In this document: piece after piece, positions 28,148 to 38,894 of the stretch
How positions within the stretch are numbered: the first letter of the stretch is position 1
Layout: the number at the start of each line of letters is the position of its first letter
Assembly (NCBI GenBank): GCA_910587635.1
Contig: CAJUNB010000027.1
Coordinates: forward strand, 36,677 to 100,676
Direction: 5' to 3'
Length of the DNA stretch: 64,000 nt
From: an uncultured Lachnospiraceae bacterium
GTDB lineage: Bacteria; Bacillota; Clostridia; Lachnospirales; Lachnospiraceae
Program-made: the position numbers and the translations under genes
The notes under the pieces: model-generated
Told to the model about the DNA's origin: nothing
Database searches by the model: none
What the model saw: the letters and a program-made list of their open reading frames with translations, nothing else

Positions 28148-29380
28148 TTAAAAATACAGTGTAAATACTTTTTTCACATAATCCCGATAAGTCGCCTTTT
28201 CCACACTTTCTGAAAAGAGAATATCCACACTGCCGATTTCTCTTCCATGCAACGTATAAACGGCCTTTCCCGCAATATCTCCCTCTCTTACAGGCGCTTC
28301 TACTTCTTCCGGCAGTCTCAGTTCCTTCTGGATTTGATTGATGTCATTGCCTTCCACATCCAGATAACGAAACGCTTCTTTATAAACGATTTCCGCTTCT
28401 TCCGACACACCGCCAGTCACCTTTCTCGCCTCCAACCGCTCTTTGTTTTCATCCGTATAGAGGCTGCTTACGGAAAATCCAAAATTCAACAGTGTCATAG
28501 CGTCTTGAAAACGTACCTTATAATCGGGCGCTGCCATAACCACCGCCACCAAATCGATACCGTCTTTATTCGCTGTGGCGGAAAGACAGTATTTCGCCTT
28601 ATCTGTAGAGCCTGTTTTCAGCCCCGTGGTATAGGGATACTGTTTTAACAGTTTATTGGTGCTGGACAGCGTAAACTGGCTGCTCCCTTTCTGGGTGGTA
28701 TGGGTAATATCTTCCATCCAAATCTTCGTGTACTGATAAATTTCAGGGTACTGGGTAATCAAAGCCCTGGACATCAACGCCACATCTTTCGCCGTCGTAT
28801 AATGATTGTCAGAATTTGTCAACCCACAGCAATCCTCAAAATGGGTATCCACCATTCCAAGGCTCTCTGCTTTTTCATTCATCATCGCCACAAATTCTTC
28901 TTCCGCCCCGGCAATATGCTCCGCCATAGCCACAGAAGCATCATTACCGCTGGCCACTGCAATACATTTAATCAGTGTATCAACGGTCTGTACTTCTCCC
29001 TCTTCCAGAAATACCTGAGAGCCACCCATAGACTTCGCATGTGCACTCGTCATCACTTCATCGGTTAAATGAATCTTACCGGCCTGCAAATGATCAAAAA
29101 TCAAAAGTAAAGTCATAATTTTCGTAATGCTTGCCGGACTCCTGCGTACCTGCGCATCCTTTTCATAAATAGTCTGCCCCGTAGATGCTTCTATTAGTAT
29201 GGCAGAAGGCGCTGCAATATTGATATTGCTTGTTTTTTCATTTCCTTCCGCCTGCTCTGTCTCCTCCACATTTTCCGTTTCTCCTTCCGCCACAGCCGTA
29301 GAAGAAAAAAGAAACACACTTCCTGTGAAAATCGCAGTGCAGAGCAAAAATGCTATCAGCTTATGTACAGCCAGCTTCAC
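28148..29380 (-). CDS. D-alanyl-D-alanine carboxypeptidase (S11, DacA/DacF-like)
   Basis: Signal peptide, SxxK (ASITKIMT), SGN, KTGST and a C-terminal PBP5_C-like domain. Confidence 0.88.
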   Translation of the reverse strand: MKLAVHKLIAFLLCTAIFTGSVFLFSSTAVAEGETENVEETEQAEGNEKTSNINIAAPSAILIEASTGQTIYEKDAQVRRSPASITKIMTLLLIFDHLQAGKIHLTDEVMTSAHAKSMGGSQVFLEEGEVQTVDTLIKCIAVASGNDASVAMAEHIAGAEEEFVAMMNEKAESLGMVDTHFEDCCGLTNSDNHYTTAKDVALMSRALITQYPEIYQYTKIWMEDITHTTQKGSSQFTLSSTNKLLKQYPYTTGLKTGSTDKAKYCLSATANKDGIDLVAVVMAAPDYKVRFQDAMTLLNFGFSVSSLYTDENKERLEARKVTGGVSEEAEIVYKEAFRYLDVEGNDINQIQKELRLPEEVEAPVREGDIAGKAVYTLHGREIGSVDILFSESVEKATYRDYVKKVFTLYF

Positions 29381-29464
29381 CTGTCATCACTCCCGATTAT
29401 GGGTTCTGCCACATATATATGACCCTGCCCGGAAAGTTATGCCAAAGACATCCATCTCTACGCA

Positions 29465-29538
29465 TAAGAACGGCAGATGCGCATCCCACATCTGCCGCTT
29501 ATTGCTTATCCTTGAGAAAGGATACTGTACTTTCTCAA
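29465..29538 (-). terminator. Two tandem hairpins after the second MCP gene
   Basis: TTGAGAAAG/CTTTCTCAA (29512-29538) and CGGCAGATG/CATCTGCCG (29471-29497). The latter is followed on the reverse strand by TTCTTAT. Confidence 0.5.
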
Positions 29539-29558
29539 ATATAATGATACTCTTTTAC

Positions 29559-31271
29559 TTATACCTTAAAGAACTGGAACTCACTATGAAGCCTCTGCGC
29601 GATCTCTTCCAGATTCTTAGCATCTCTCGAAATCTCCTGTACGATCTCTGACAGTTCGGATACTGCTGCGGAAGTCTGCTCTGTACTTGCCGCATTCTCC
29701 TGGGCGATAGACGTCAGGCTCTGTGCCGAATCTACTACGCTTACTCTCGTCTTATCAATTTCCTTTGTGCTGTCTGCGATGACATTGACGGAAGTGACAG
29801 ACTGATCAACACCTGCTTTGAGCTGTCTGAACATCTCACTTGTCTTATCTACCTTTTCACTCTGCTCGCCCATGATCTTACGAACTTCATTCATAGTAGC
29901 AACAGCCTTATCGGAATCGGAAAGCAGGGAAGAAACGATCTCTTCAATTTTTCTTGCGGATTCGTTGGACTGCTCAGCCAGTTTCTGAATCTGTCCTGCT
30001 ACAACCGCAAAACCACGTCCCTGCTCACCCGCTCTTGCCGCCTCGATAGAAGCATTCAGAGAAAGCAGATTTGTCTCTTCTGCAATATCTGTGATCAAAT
30101 TGATTGCTTCCTGAATCTTCATGGCAGACTCATTTGTTGTATTGGTCTGATTATAGATCACTTCCATTGCGTCTTTGGAATTAACATTAATTTCTTCCAG
30201 TTCTTTCAGTGTACCGATCGCATTCTCGCCGGTCTTGTTCATATCTTCTGTAATGGTATTCAGATTCTCAATCTGGATATTGTTCTTTTCTATCATATCA
30301 CCCATGACAATAACATTCTCTGTCGTCTCCTGGGTTTCCTGAGCCTGAGTAGTAGCCCCCTGTGCAATCTCATCTACCGCAATATCGATCTGGGAAAGAT
30401 GAGTAGCTGACAGCTCTGCCTGCTCATTCAGGGAATTGGTGGCATCGTTTACTTTTTCACAGATCAGATTGATATCTCCTACAATAGAGGACAATTTTGT
30501 CTGTAATTTATGTACTGAACGTAATACATCACCCACTTCATCTTTTGCATGAAGATCTGTTTCAGCAACTGTAACAGTTAAATTACCTTCTGAAACTTCT
30601 TCTATCACCTTAATACTGCCATGAATTTTCTTTACAATCTGACTTACAATGACAATGCCAAGGAGAGAAAATACAACAACAATGAGAACGCCTGCTCCAA
30701 GCATAACATACAGAATAGAGTTGATCTGCCCTTCCACAGCATGCTGTTCCATTCCTGTAAAAATAATCCCTACTGGAGCTGTCTGGGTGTCATCATACAA
30801 CGGAATATAATATCCGAAATATTCTGAGCCATTCCCCAAAATATCGATGCGCTCCACGAACATTGCTTCTCCTTTTCCCAGTACCTGTTCAATAACATCC
30901 GTTCTCGCCTTGGTACCCACTACCCGTGCACCACTGCTATCCTTAATTGTATTAACATATCTTGTATCCCCAAAGAAAATACTGATATCAATACCGGCCT
31001 CATCTTTGATCTTATCAAAGTCCGTATCCTGTGACAAATTCAGTGAATCTCCATTCCACATATCACCATTGTCATCAACCCAGTAACGGTTCTCCAATCC
31101 CATGCTAAGAGAAATATTATCCTGTACATCCAATGCAAGCGCATGCAGGTTGGACTGAATAATATCTTTGGTAACTGAACTGATCCGAATCTTGCTTACG
31201 ATGTAGATAATGACACAAAACGCTACAATCGGTGCAATTACAATTGTTAAGATTTTCCCTTTTAGTCTCAT
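29559..31271 (-). CDS. Methyl-accepting chemotaxis protein (Cache-like sensor, HAMP, MA domain)
   Basis: 570 aa, two TM segments, signalling hairpin [27 protein letters not shown]. Confidence 0.9.
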   Translation of the reverse strand: MRLKGKILTIVIAPIVAFCVIIYIVSKIRISSVTKDIIQSNLHALALDVQDNISLSMGLENRYWVDDNGDMWNGDSLNLSQDTDFDKIKDEAGIDISIFFGDTRYVNTIKDSSGARVVGTKARTDVIEQVLGKGEAMFVERIDILGNGSEYFGYYIPLYDDTQTAPVGIIFTGMEQHAVEGQINSILYVMLGAGVLIVVVFSLLGIVIVSQIVKKIHGSIKVIEEVSEGNLTVTVAETDLHAKDEVGDVLRSVHKLQTKLSSIVGDINLICEKVNDATNSLNEQAELSATHLSQIDIAVDEIAQGATTQAQETQETTENVIVMGDMIEKNNIQIENLNTITEDMNKTGENAIGTLKELEEINVNSKDAMEVIYNQTNTTNESAMKIQEAINLITDIAEETNLLSLNASIEAARAGEQGRGFAVVAGQIQKLAEQSNESARKIEEIVSSLLSDSDKAVATMNEVRKIMGEQSEKVDKTSEMFRQLKAGVDQSVTSVNVIADSTKEIDKTRVSVVDSAQSLTSIAQENAASTEQTSAAVSELSEIVQEISRDAKNLEEIAQRLHSEFQFFKV

Positions 31272-31316
31272 TTGTCCCTGTCCCCTTCGTTTTCCTATTC
31301 TAATAATATTGTTGGT

Positions 31317-31910
31317 CTAATACCAACGAGTACGAAATGTCTCGTACTTTTCTTTTATTTTATCACAATATTTTTCCGTATTCCAGTGCAATGTGCGAAA
31401 AAGTTGAAATAAAATGTCCAAACTTGCCAGAAAAGCCAAAATCGTACATACTTTAACGCCAAACTCATAGGAATACCTGTCAATAAATCCCATTATTTTC
31501 CCGTTTAGGAACATTATGATAATAACAGCATAAAAACCCCAGGCGATCGTACTCTCCAGACATATAATCCCTTTATAGTTAAAAGGCTTTTGGTTATAGT
31601 CCCACCACAACTCCCCAAACAGGGCAAGCATCAACTTTCCTACGATAAACTCAAACAACGTGGCAATGACAGCCCCCGCCACATAAAGCTGTATGTACCG
31701 TCCCTCCAGGGGATGCAGAATCAAGTAACCTAGCACGCCCCCAAATCCATAAATCGGACAGAACGGCCCTTTTGCAAATCCCCGATTCGTTATCTTTTTG
31801 TTACAAATTGACATATAGATGGACTCTACCAACCAGCCTATCACACTGTAAATCATAAAAGATGCGATAATATGATAAATATCCGTCCCAAAAACTTCCT
31901 TCGTCCACAT
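31317..31910 (-). CDS. Integral membrane protein, PF06541-like (putative ABC-transporter type IV / CmpB family)
   Basis: 197 aa with a family-like motif GWLVESIYMS...NRGFAKGPFCPIYGFGG. Confidence 0.65.
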   Translation of the reverse strand: MWTKEVFGTDIYHIIASFMIYSVIGWLVESIYMSICNKKITNRGFAKGPFCPIYGFGGVLGYLILHPLEGRYIQLYVAGAVIATLFEFIVGKLMLALFGELWWDYNQKPFNYKGIICLESTIAWGFYAVIIIMFLNGKIMGFIDRYSYEFGVKVCTILAFLASLDILFQLFRTLHWNTEKYCDKIKEKYETFRTRWY

Positions 31911-31976
31911 ATCTGCCTCCTTACAGTAGTCGTCCTAAAAAAATCCCGGCAAAAACGCCGGGACTTTCTTGATAGA

Positions 31977-32153
31977 TTAATTATATTTACGCTTTCTAGC
32001 GGCTTCAGATTTTTTCTTGCGTTTTACGCTCGGTTTCTCATAATGTTCTCTTTTACGAATTTCCTGCTGAATTCCGGCTTTCGCACAACTTCTTTTGAAA
32101 CGACGTAAAGCGCTGTCTAAAGTCTCGTTTTCTTTAACGATTACATTCGACAT
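31977..32153 (-). CDS. rpsU: 30S ribosomal protein S21
   Basis: [42 protein letters not shown]... is a canonical S21 sequence. The true start is the ATG at 32153 behind GAAGGGAGG. Confidence 0.92.
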   Translation of the reverse strand: MSNVIVKENETLDSALRRFKRSCAKAGIQQEIRKREHYEKPSVKRKKKSEAARKRKYN

Positions 32154-32293
32154 AAACCACACCTGACCTCCCTTCAGTCCCAACACGACTGAGTGGGTAA
32201 TTTTTATGCAACTATGTGCACCTTTATTATTATATCATATTTTGTACATTCGTCAACAGTTTTTCAAAAAATTTTATCGAAATTATGAAATTT

Positions 32294-34930
32294 TTAAATC
32301 TGACTTTCCAATATTTCAGCCGCTTTGGCGATAGCGTTGTCGATACCTGCCGGATTTTTGCCCCCCGCCTGGGCCATATTCGGTCTCCCGCCGCCGCCGC
32401 CACCTACAAAGCCTGCAATACCACGAATCAGATTGCCCGCATGAGCACCACTCTTCTGGGCTTCTTCTGTAGCCATCGCCACAATATTTACTTTACCGTC
32501 CTTATCGGAAAGAAGTACAATCACGCCCTCTCCCAGCTTGTCCTTCAGCGTATCGCCCAGCTCCCGCAGGCCATTCATATCCACGCCGCTCACTTTAGCT
32601 GCCAGAAGCTTAACGCCCTTTACTTCTACCACCTGATTCATGACATCGCCAAGCGCATCTTTCGCCGCCTTACTCTTCAATCCCTCATTTTCGCTTTGCA
32701 GACTCTTCATCTCCGCCAGAAGGTGACGGACTTTCTCCGTCAGAGCCATGGGGGACGTCTTTAAAAGTCCTGCGGCCGCTTTCATTTCCGTTTCCAGCTC
32801 ATCGTAATATTTCAGAAGGCCGCTGCCGGTGAGTGCCTCGATTCTTCTCACTCCGGCTGCTACACCGCTTTCCGAAATAATTTTAAACGCGTTTATTGTC
32901 CCCGTATTGGCCACATGAGTACCGCCGCACAGCTCTACCGAAAAGTCGCCCATCGTCACCACTCGCACCGTTTCTCCGTATTTCTCACCAAACAGCGCCA
33001 TGGCTCCTGTCTTTTTGGCCTCTTCCACTGTCATTTCCTCCGTTATAACCGGGAGAGAAGCCGCGATCTCTTCATTTACAATCGCCTCCGTTCTTTTCAG
33101 CTCTTCCTCTGTCATGGCAGAAAAATGGCTGAAGTCAAACCGTAGATGCTCTCCATCCACATAAGAGCCTGCCTGCTCTACATGAGTACCCAGTACAGTC
33201 CGCAATGCTTTCTGAAGAAGATGGGTAGCACTGTGGTTCTTACATGTATTTGACCGGTTATCCTCCTCTACCGACAATGTAGCCGTATCACCTGTCCGAA
33301 GCATTCCCTTTGTCACAGTTCCGATATGGCCGATCTTGCCTCCCAGCAGTTTCACCGTATCCTTGACCTGGAATTCTCCTTCTTTCGTGCGGATAAAGCC
33401 GATGTCTGCATTCTGTCCGCCCATTGTGGCATAGAACGGTGTCTCATCCACAATAACTGTACCGTTCTCTCCTTCCGAGATTGCTTCTGTGATCTCCATC
33501 TCAGTGGTAATAACTGAAATACGGGAAGTGTGTTCCAGCCTGTCATAACCTACAAATACTGAAGTAACAGAAGGATCGATAGATTCATATACTGTCACAT
33601 CCGCTCCCATATAATTTGTCACTTTTCTGGCCGCCCTGGCCTTCTCTTTTTGCTCTTTCATAGCCGTCTGGAAACCGGCCTCATCCACAGAAAAGCCTTT
33701 TTCTTCCAAAATTTCCATTGTCAGATCGAGGGGAAATCCATAGGTGTCATACAGCTTAAAGGCAGCTGCACCCTCCAGCTCTTTTTTCCCTTCTTTTTCC
33801 ATGGTAAGAGCCATGTCGTTCAAAATTGAGAGTCCCTGGTCTATTGTCTTATTGAATTTATTTTCTTCCTGGGTCAGAACATTAAAAATAAAATCCTTTT
33901 TCTCCTCCAGCTCAGGATAGCCGTCTTTACTTCCCTCAATGACCGTATTGCTCAGGTTGGCAAGAAACGTTCCTTCTATTCCCAGCAGCCTGCCATGACG
34001 TGCCGCCCGGCGGATAATCCTGCGCAGCACATATCCTCTGCCCTCGTTAGAAGGCATAATACCGTCAGATATCATAAAAGTAGCGGATCGGATATGGTCT
34101 GTCACAATTCGAATCGATACATCCCAGACATATTCTTTTCTGTACTCTTTGCCAGACAATTCACAGACTCTGGCCCGCAGCGCCTGAATCGTATCTACAT
34201 CAAAAATGGAATCCACATCCTGCACTACCGTTGCCAGACGCTCCAGTCCCATACCGGTATCAATATTTTTCTGAACAAGTTCTGTATAATTACCTTTTCC
34301 GTCATTGTCAAACTGTGTAAATACATTGTTCCAGATTTCTATATAACGGTCACAATCACATCCCACCGTACAGTCAGGCTTCCCACAGCCGTATTTCTCT
34401 CCTCTGTCATAATAGACTTCCGAACAGGGGCCACAGGGGCCGGAACCATGCTCCCAGAAATTATCTTCCTTGCCAAAACGGAAAATTCTTTCAGCTGAAA
34501 TCCCGATCTGTTTATTCCAGATTTCAAAAGCCTCATCATCATTTTCATAGATCGATGGATAGAGACGGTCAGGATCCAGACCCACCACCTGTGTCAGAAA
34601 TTCCCATGTCCAGGCAATCGCTTCTTTTTTAAAATAATCTCCAAAAGAAAAGTTGCCGAGCATTTCAAAAAATGTGCCGTGCCGTGCCGTTTTTCCAATA
34701 TTCTCAATATCGCCGGTGCGAATACATTTCTGGCAGGTAGTCACTCTCTTTCTGGGAGGAATCTCCTGTCCGGTAAAATAAGGTTTTAAAGGAGCCATAC
34801 CCGAATTGATCAAGAGCAGACTGTTATCGTTATGGGGCACAAGAGAAAAGCTCTTCATCGCAAGATGATCTTTACTCTCAAAAAATTCCAGGAACATTCT
34901 TCGTAATTCATTTACACCGTAAGCTTTCAC
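32294..34930 (-). CDS. alaS: Alanine--tRNA ligase
   Basis: Canonical AlaS sequence (NELRRMFLEFFESKDH..., HSATHLL, C-terminal DHHA1 GGGGGRPNMAQAGG). Likely GTG start at 34930, 8 nt after GGAGGA; the ORF-track ATG at 34975 would overlap glyQS. Confidence 0.95.
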   Translation of the reverse strand: MKAYGVNELRRMFLEFFESKDHLAMKSFSLVPHNDNSLLLINSGMAPLKPYFTGQEIPPRKRVTTCQKCIRTGDIENIGKTARHGTFFEMLGNFSFGDYFKKEAIAWTWEFLTQVVGLDPDRLYPSIYENDDEAFEIWNKQIGISAERIFRFGKEDNFWEHGSGPCGPCSEVYYDRGEKYGCGKPDCTVGCDCDRYIEIWNNVFTQFDNDGKGNYTELVQKNIDTGMGLERLATVVQDVDSIFDVDTIQALRARVCELSGKEYRKEYVWDVSIRIVTDHIRSATFMISDGIMPSNEGRGYVLRRIIRRAARHGRLLGIEGTFLANLSNTVIEGSKDGYPELEEKKDFIFNVLTQEENKFNKTIDQGLSILNDMALTMEKEGKKELEGAAAFKLYDTYGFPLDLTMEILEEKGFSVDEAGFQTAMKEQKEKARAARKVTNYMGADVTVYESIDPSVTSVFVGYDRLEHTSRISVITTEMEITEAISEGENGTVIVDETPFYATMGGQNADIGFIRTKEGEFQVKDTVKLLGGKIGHIGTVTKGMLRTGDTATLSVEEDNRSNTCKNHSATHLLQKALRTVLGTHVEQAGSYVDGEHLRFDFSHFSAMTEEELKRTEAIVNEEIAASLPVITEEMTVEEAKKTGAMALFGEKYGETVRVVTMGDFSVELCGGTHVANTGTINAFKIISESGVAAGVRRIEALTGSGLLKYYDELETEMKAAAGLLKTSPMALTEKVRHLLAEMKSLQSENEGLKSKAAKDALGDVMNQVVEVKGVKLLAAKVSGVDMNGLRELGDTLKDKLGEGVIVLLSDKDGKVNIVAMATEEAQKSGAHAGNLIRGIAGFVGGGGGGRPNMAQAGGKNPAGIDNAIAKAAEILESQI

Positions 34931-34952
34931 GTAATTTCTTCCTCCAAATCTA

Positions 34953-36341
34953 CTAGTACGCAAATTTTTCATCAAAATAGGCTTCCAGATCTGCGATTGA
35001 GACCCGTTCCTGCTCCATGGAATCCCGGAAACGAACTGTCACACAGCCATCTGTCTCAGAATCAAAGTCGTATGTAATACAGAATGGTGTCCCGATTTCA
35101 TCCTGGCGACGGTAACGCTTCCCGATATTTCCTCTGTCATCAAATTCACAATTATATTTTTTCGATAACTGGGTAAAAATCTTTTCTGCCCCTTCATTCA
35201 ATTTTTTAGAAAGAGGCAGTACACCAATCTTGACCGGTGCGATCGCCGGATGGAAATGCAACACCGTCCGCACATCTCCTTCTCCGATCTCTTCCTCATC
35301 ATAAGCGGCGCAGAGGAACGCAAGCACGACGCGATCCGCTCCCAGAGACGGCTCAATGACATATGGAACATATTTTTCATTTTTCGTATCGTCAAAATAA
35401 GACATATCCTGTCCCGATGTATTCTGGTGCTGTGTCAGGTCATAGTCTGTTCTGTCAGCTATGCCCCACAGCTCACCCCAACCGAAGGGGAATAAAAATT
35501 CGATGTCACTTGTGGCCTTGGAATAGAAAGCCAGCTCCGCCGGGTCATGATCTCTGACACGCATCTCCTCATCTTTCATGCCAAGTGTCTTTAACCAGTT
35601 GATACAGAACTCCTTCCAATATCTGAACCACTCCAGATCAGTATCCGGTTCACAGAAAAATTCCAGCTCCATCTGCTCAAATTCTCTTGTACGGAATGTA
35701 AAATTGCCCGGCGTAATTTCATTACGGAAGGATTTTCCGATCTGACCGATGCCAAATGGAATCTTCTTCCTGGAAGTTCTCTGCACGTTTTTAAAATTCA
35801 CAAAAATACCCTGGGCCGTTTCAGGACGAAGATACACTGTATTTTTCGCATCTTCCGTAACCCCCTGGAATGTTTTAAACATCAGATTGAACTGACGGAT
35901 GTCTGTAAAGTTATGTTTACCACAGGTAGGGCAGGGAATATCGTGTTCTTCAATGAAGGCCTTCATCTGCTCCTGACTCCAGCCATCCACACTCTCTTCC
36001 AGTGTGATATTCTTTTCCCCGCAGAAATCTTCGATGATTTTGTCAGCCCGGAAACGTTCATGACACTCTTTACAGTCCATGAGAGGATCCGAAAAACCGC
36101 CAAGATGACCGGACGCTACCCATACCTGAGGATTCATCAAAATGGCACAGTCGACACCTACATTATAAGGGTTTTCCATAATGAATTTTTTCCACCATGC
36201 CTGTTTTACATTATTTTTTAATTCCACACCCAGATTGCCGTAATCCCATGTATTTGCCAGTCCTCCGTAAATATCAGATCCGGGATATACAAATCCTCTC
36301 GCCTTCGCCAATGCAACTATCTTTTCCATTGTTTTTTCCAT
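34953..36341 (-). CDS. glyQS: Glycine--tRNA ligase (class II, alpha2 type)
   Basis: 462 aa with a typical N-terminus ([26 protein letters not shown]) and class II motifs. Confidence 0.95.
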   Translation of the reverse strand: MEKTMEKIVALAKARGFVYPGSDIYGGLANTWDYGNLGVELKNNVKQAWWKKFIMENPYNVGVDCAILMNPQVWVASGHLGGFSDPLMDCKECHERFRADKIIEDFCGEKNITLEESVDGWSQEQMKAFIEEHDIPCPTCGKHNFTDIRQFNLMFKTFQGVTEDAKNTVYLRPETAQGIFVNFKNVQRTSRKKIPFGIGQIGKSFRNEITPGNFTFRTREFEQMELEFFCEPDTDLEWFRYWKEFCINWLKTLGMKDEEMRVRDHDPAELAFYSKATSDIEFLFPFGWGELWGIADRTDYDLTQHQNTSGQDMSYFDDTKNEKYVPYVIEPSLGADRVVLAFLCAAYDEEEIGEGDVRTVLHFHPAIAPVKIGVLPLSKKLNEGAEKIFTQLSKKYNCEFDDRGNIGKRYRRQDEIGTPFCITYDFDSETDGCVTVRFRDSMEQERVSIADLEAYFDEKFAY

Positions 36342-36403
36342 GATTACTACTCCCTCTCCTCATTTCCATTGTCGTTTCAAACTTTCAATATTTATGAATC
36401 TCA

Positions 36404-37051
36404 TTATTTAAAAACCAGACAGGCCATCCCTTCTCCTGCCATGTCTGCTTTACTTTTCTCTACACCAGTTACTGCATCCCCTGCATAATACAGTATCTTA
36501 CTTCCCGTATCAACCGTCAACAGCTCATCCTTTGGCAGCTGCACAATAACGATCTTACGGCTTCCCATCTCCAACAACTCTTCTCTTGTAATACTTGCCT
36601 GACTGTCACCATCGGCACTCGTAAACTGCAAGTTGAGATCATAGCCATTTTCATAGGCATCTGCCACAGTTCCGTAAAAAAACGGATACTCGTTAAACGT
36701 TCCAAAGTCCTCTGCTGTAGCATATTCCATCACGAGCGTCAGCATGTCGTCCTTCATGTCTATTTTTTTAATGCTGACCCTATCAGCCCCCGCATCGCTG
36801 TTATACTGATTGGATACCCGCACGAGAAACTCTTTGAAAGAATCTTCATCGCCATAGAGATCAGGATCCAGCTCTTCCTCAATCGTATTGGTAACTGCAC
36901 CGTCCTTTTTTATTTCTGCAACGTTACTTTCCACAATACCCCCGTCTTCTGACACTTTATTACTTCCGCCGCAGCCTACAAGACTTCCGGCCAATATCAT
37001 GAGGGCACATATTACCCCTATCCGTCTGTTCATATTATCCTCCAGTTCCAA
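36404..37051 (-). CDS. Lipoprotein of unknown function
   Basis: Signal peptide with lipobox LAGSLVGCGGS. I recognise no domain. Confidence 0.55.
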   Translation of the reverse strand: MELEDNMNRRIGVICALMILAGSLVGCGGSNKVSEDGGIVESNVAEIKKDGAVTNTIEEELDPDLYGDEDSFKEFLVRVSNQYNSDAGADRVSIKKIDMKDDMLTLVMEYATAEDFGTFNEYPFFYGTVADAYENGYDLNLQFTSADGDSQASITREELLEMGSRKIVIVQLPKDELLTVDTGSKILYYAGDAVTGVEKSKADMAGEGMACLVFK

Positions 37052-37090
37052 GGCTTATCTTCTTTGGCCTTTTTCATTATAGCGGAGATA

Positions 37091-37759
37091 TCATACTTTT
37101 TCAACACACATTTTATCTAATACTTCCAGGCTTTTAAAGCTCTTGTCCATCGTCCTTTTCCGACTCTCCTGCGCGATCTGTCCAAGCTGGGCCAGTACCT
37201 TATCATTTACGGTAAACGTGTAAAGCTTTTCCACCGAAGATTTGACGATAAAAGAGACGGCATATCTGGACGCCTCCTCCAGATCATCCTCCTTCTCTTT
37301 GGGAATACCGGCAAACTCCCCATTGACAACAATCGATTTGATCTCATATATGTAACGTATCAGCCTGCCCTGAAACCGTCCACTCTCCAGTGCCCGAAGC
37401 GACTGATACAAAAGCCGCAGCATCTCCTTTTCATCGTTGTTTTCTCTCGTATAATAGTCCGCTATTTCCAGGAAATAACTGCCATAACAGGCATTTTCAT
37501 AATCCGTTCTGAGTCCTTCAAAATAATTGCTGATATCTGCTTCCATAATATTATAGGAATTTCTGCCGGCAAACAACTTGAACGTACCAAAAGAGAAAGG
37601 ATTCGCCGCTGCGGAAAAACGGCTTGTCTGTCGTCTGGCCCCTCTGGCAAACGCAGAAATCTTTCCTCTCTCTTTTGTCAATATTGTCACACTTCTGTCA
37701 TATTCACCTACAGGAATTGTTTTGATTACGATTCCTGTCACTGCTACAAAATCCTGCAT
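37091..37759 (-). CDS. recO: DNA repair protein RecO
   Basis: The N-terminal OB-fold region VTGIVIKTIPVGEYDRSVTILTKERGKISAFARGARR is RecO-like. Conserved era-recO synteny. Confidence 0.88.
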   Translation of the reverse strand: MQDFVAVTGIVIKTIPVGEYDRSVTILTKERGKISAFARGARRQTSRFSAAANPFSFGTFKLFAGRNSYNIMEADISNYFEGLRTDYENACYGSYFLEIADYYTRENNDEKEMLRLLYQSLRALESGRFQGRLIRYIYEIKSIVVNGEFAGIPKEKEDDLEEASRYAVSFIVKSSVEKLYTFTVNDKVLAQLGQIAQESRKRTMDKSFKSLEVLDKMCVEKV

Positions 37760-37877
37760 AAAACTGTTCTCCTGCCCGCTCCGGCTCCCTTTCTCTGGCC
37801 TCCTTATCCTTAAACGCCAGATAATCTGCTATTCTGCCGGAGCTGGTAAACCGTTCCCATTCGCACTCTGCCTTCAT
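37704..37877 (-). CDS. YqzL-like small protein (57 codons, below the ORF-track cutoff)
   Basis: Reverse-strand ATG at 37877 (GGGGGG 7 nt upstream) gives MKAECEWERFTSSGRIADYLAFKDKEARE.... The W..F..(T/S)G.I..YL.(F/Y)K pattern and the position between era and recO match Firmicute yqzL. The 3' end overlaps the recO start in another frame. Confidence 0.5.
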   Translation of the reverse strand: MKAECEWERFTSSGRIADYLAFKDKEAREREPERAGEQFYAGFCSSDRNRNQNNSCR

Positions 37878-37991
37878 CTCATGCCCCCCCTGTAAATGAT
37901 AGGAAACGACATATTGTTTTGCCGTTTCTTATCATTAGGGTCTGCCATTTTCTGTTTTCTATGCGCTCCTCATGAGATTAGCCGCTCCAAA

Positions 37992-38894
37992 TTATCCCAT
38001 TTCATCCGGTCTGTAGCCAAAGTTTTTCAGGAGAAAATCACTGTCACGCCAGTCTTTTTTTACTTTTACCCAGAGCTGCAGGTTTACTTTTTTCTCAAGC
38101 ATATTCTCGATATCTTCCCTTGCCCTGGAACCGATCTTTTTCAGCATACTGCCGCCCTTTCCTATAACAATACCCTTATGGGAATCTTTCTCACAGATGA
38201 CAGTCGCTTCTATCTCCACGATTCTCTTCTTATATTTCATACTTTCTATGGAAACTGCAATTCCATGGGGTATCTCATCTTCCAGACAGCGCAGTGCTTT
38301 CTCTCGGATCAATTCTGCCACAATCTGTCGCTCCGGCTGATCTGTCACAGTATCCTCATCATAGAACGCCGGCCCATAGGGCAGATATTTCATAATACAG
38401 GAAATCAGTTCCTCCGTATTGTCCCCTTTTAATGCGGACACCGGGACAATCTCCGCAAATTCCATCTCTTTCCGGTAAGTATCAATGAACAGAAGAACTT
38501 CTTCTTTTTTGACGGTATCCGTTTTATTGATCACCAGTATGACCGGTGTGCTGTGCCGTTTCAGTGCCTGAATAATATGCCGCTCCCCCGCGCCGATAAA
38601 CGTGGAAGGCTCCACCAGCCAGAGCACCACATCCACATCCTCCAGCGTACGCTCCGCTACGTTTACCATATAACTGCCCAGCTTATTTTTGGCCCTGTGG
38701 ATACCCGGTGTATCCAGAAATACGATCTGCCCAGCTTCACTTGTATAAACCGTCTGTATCCGGTTTCTGGTAGTCTGTGGTTTGCTGGAAGTAATGGCAA
38801 TCTTCTGCCCAATCAGCCTGTTCATCAACGTGGACTTTCCCACATTGGGGCGTCCCACCAAAGCAGCAAACCCCGATTTATACTGTTGTTCCAT
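37992..38894 (-). CDS. era: GTPase Era
   Basis: G1 GRPNVGKST, G3 DTPG, G4 NKTD and a C-terminal KH domain. Confidence 0.95.
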   Translation of the reverse strand: MEQQYKSGFAALVGRPNVGKSTLMNRLIGQKIAITSSKPQTTRNRIQTVYTSEAGQIVFLDTPGIHRAKNKLGSYMVNVAERTLEDVDVVLWLVEPSTFIGAGERHIIQALKRHSTPVILVINKTDTVKKEEVLLFIDTYRKEMEFAEIVPVSALKGDNTEELISCIMKYLPYGPAFYDEDTVTDQPERQIVAELIREKALRCLEDEIPHGIAVSIESMKYKKRIVEIEATVICEKDSHKGIVIGKGGSMLKKIGSRAREDIENMLEKKVNLQLWVKVKKDWRDSDFLLKNFGYRPDEMG

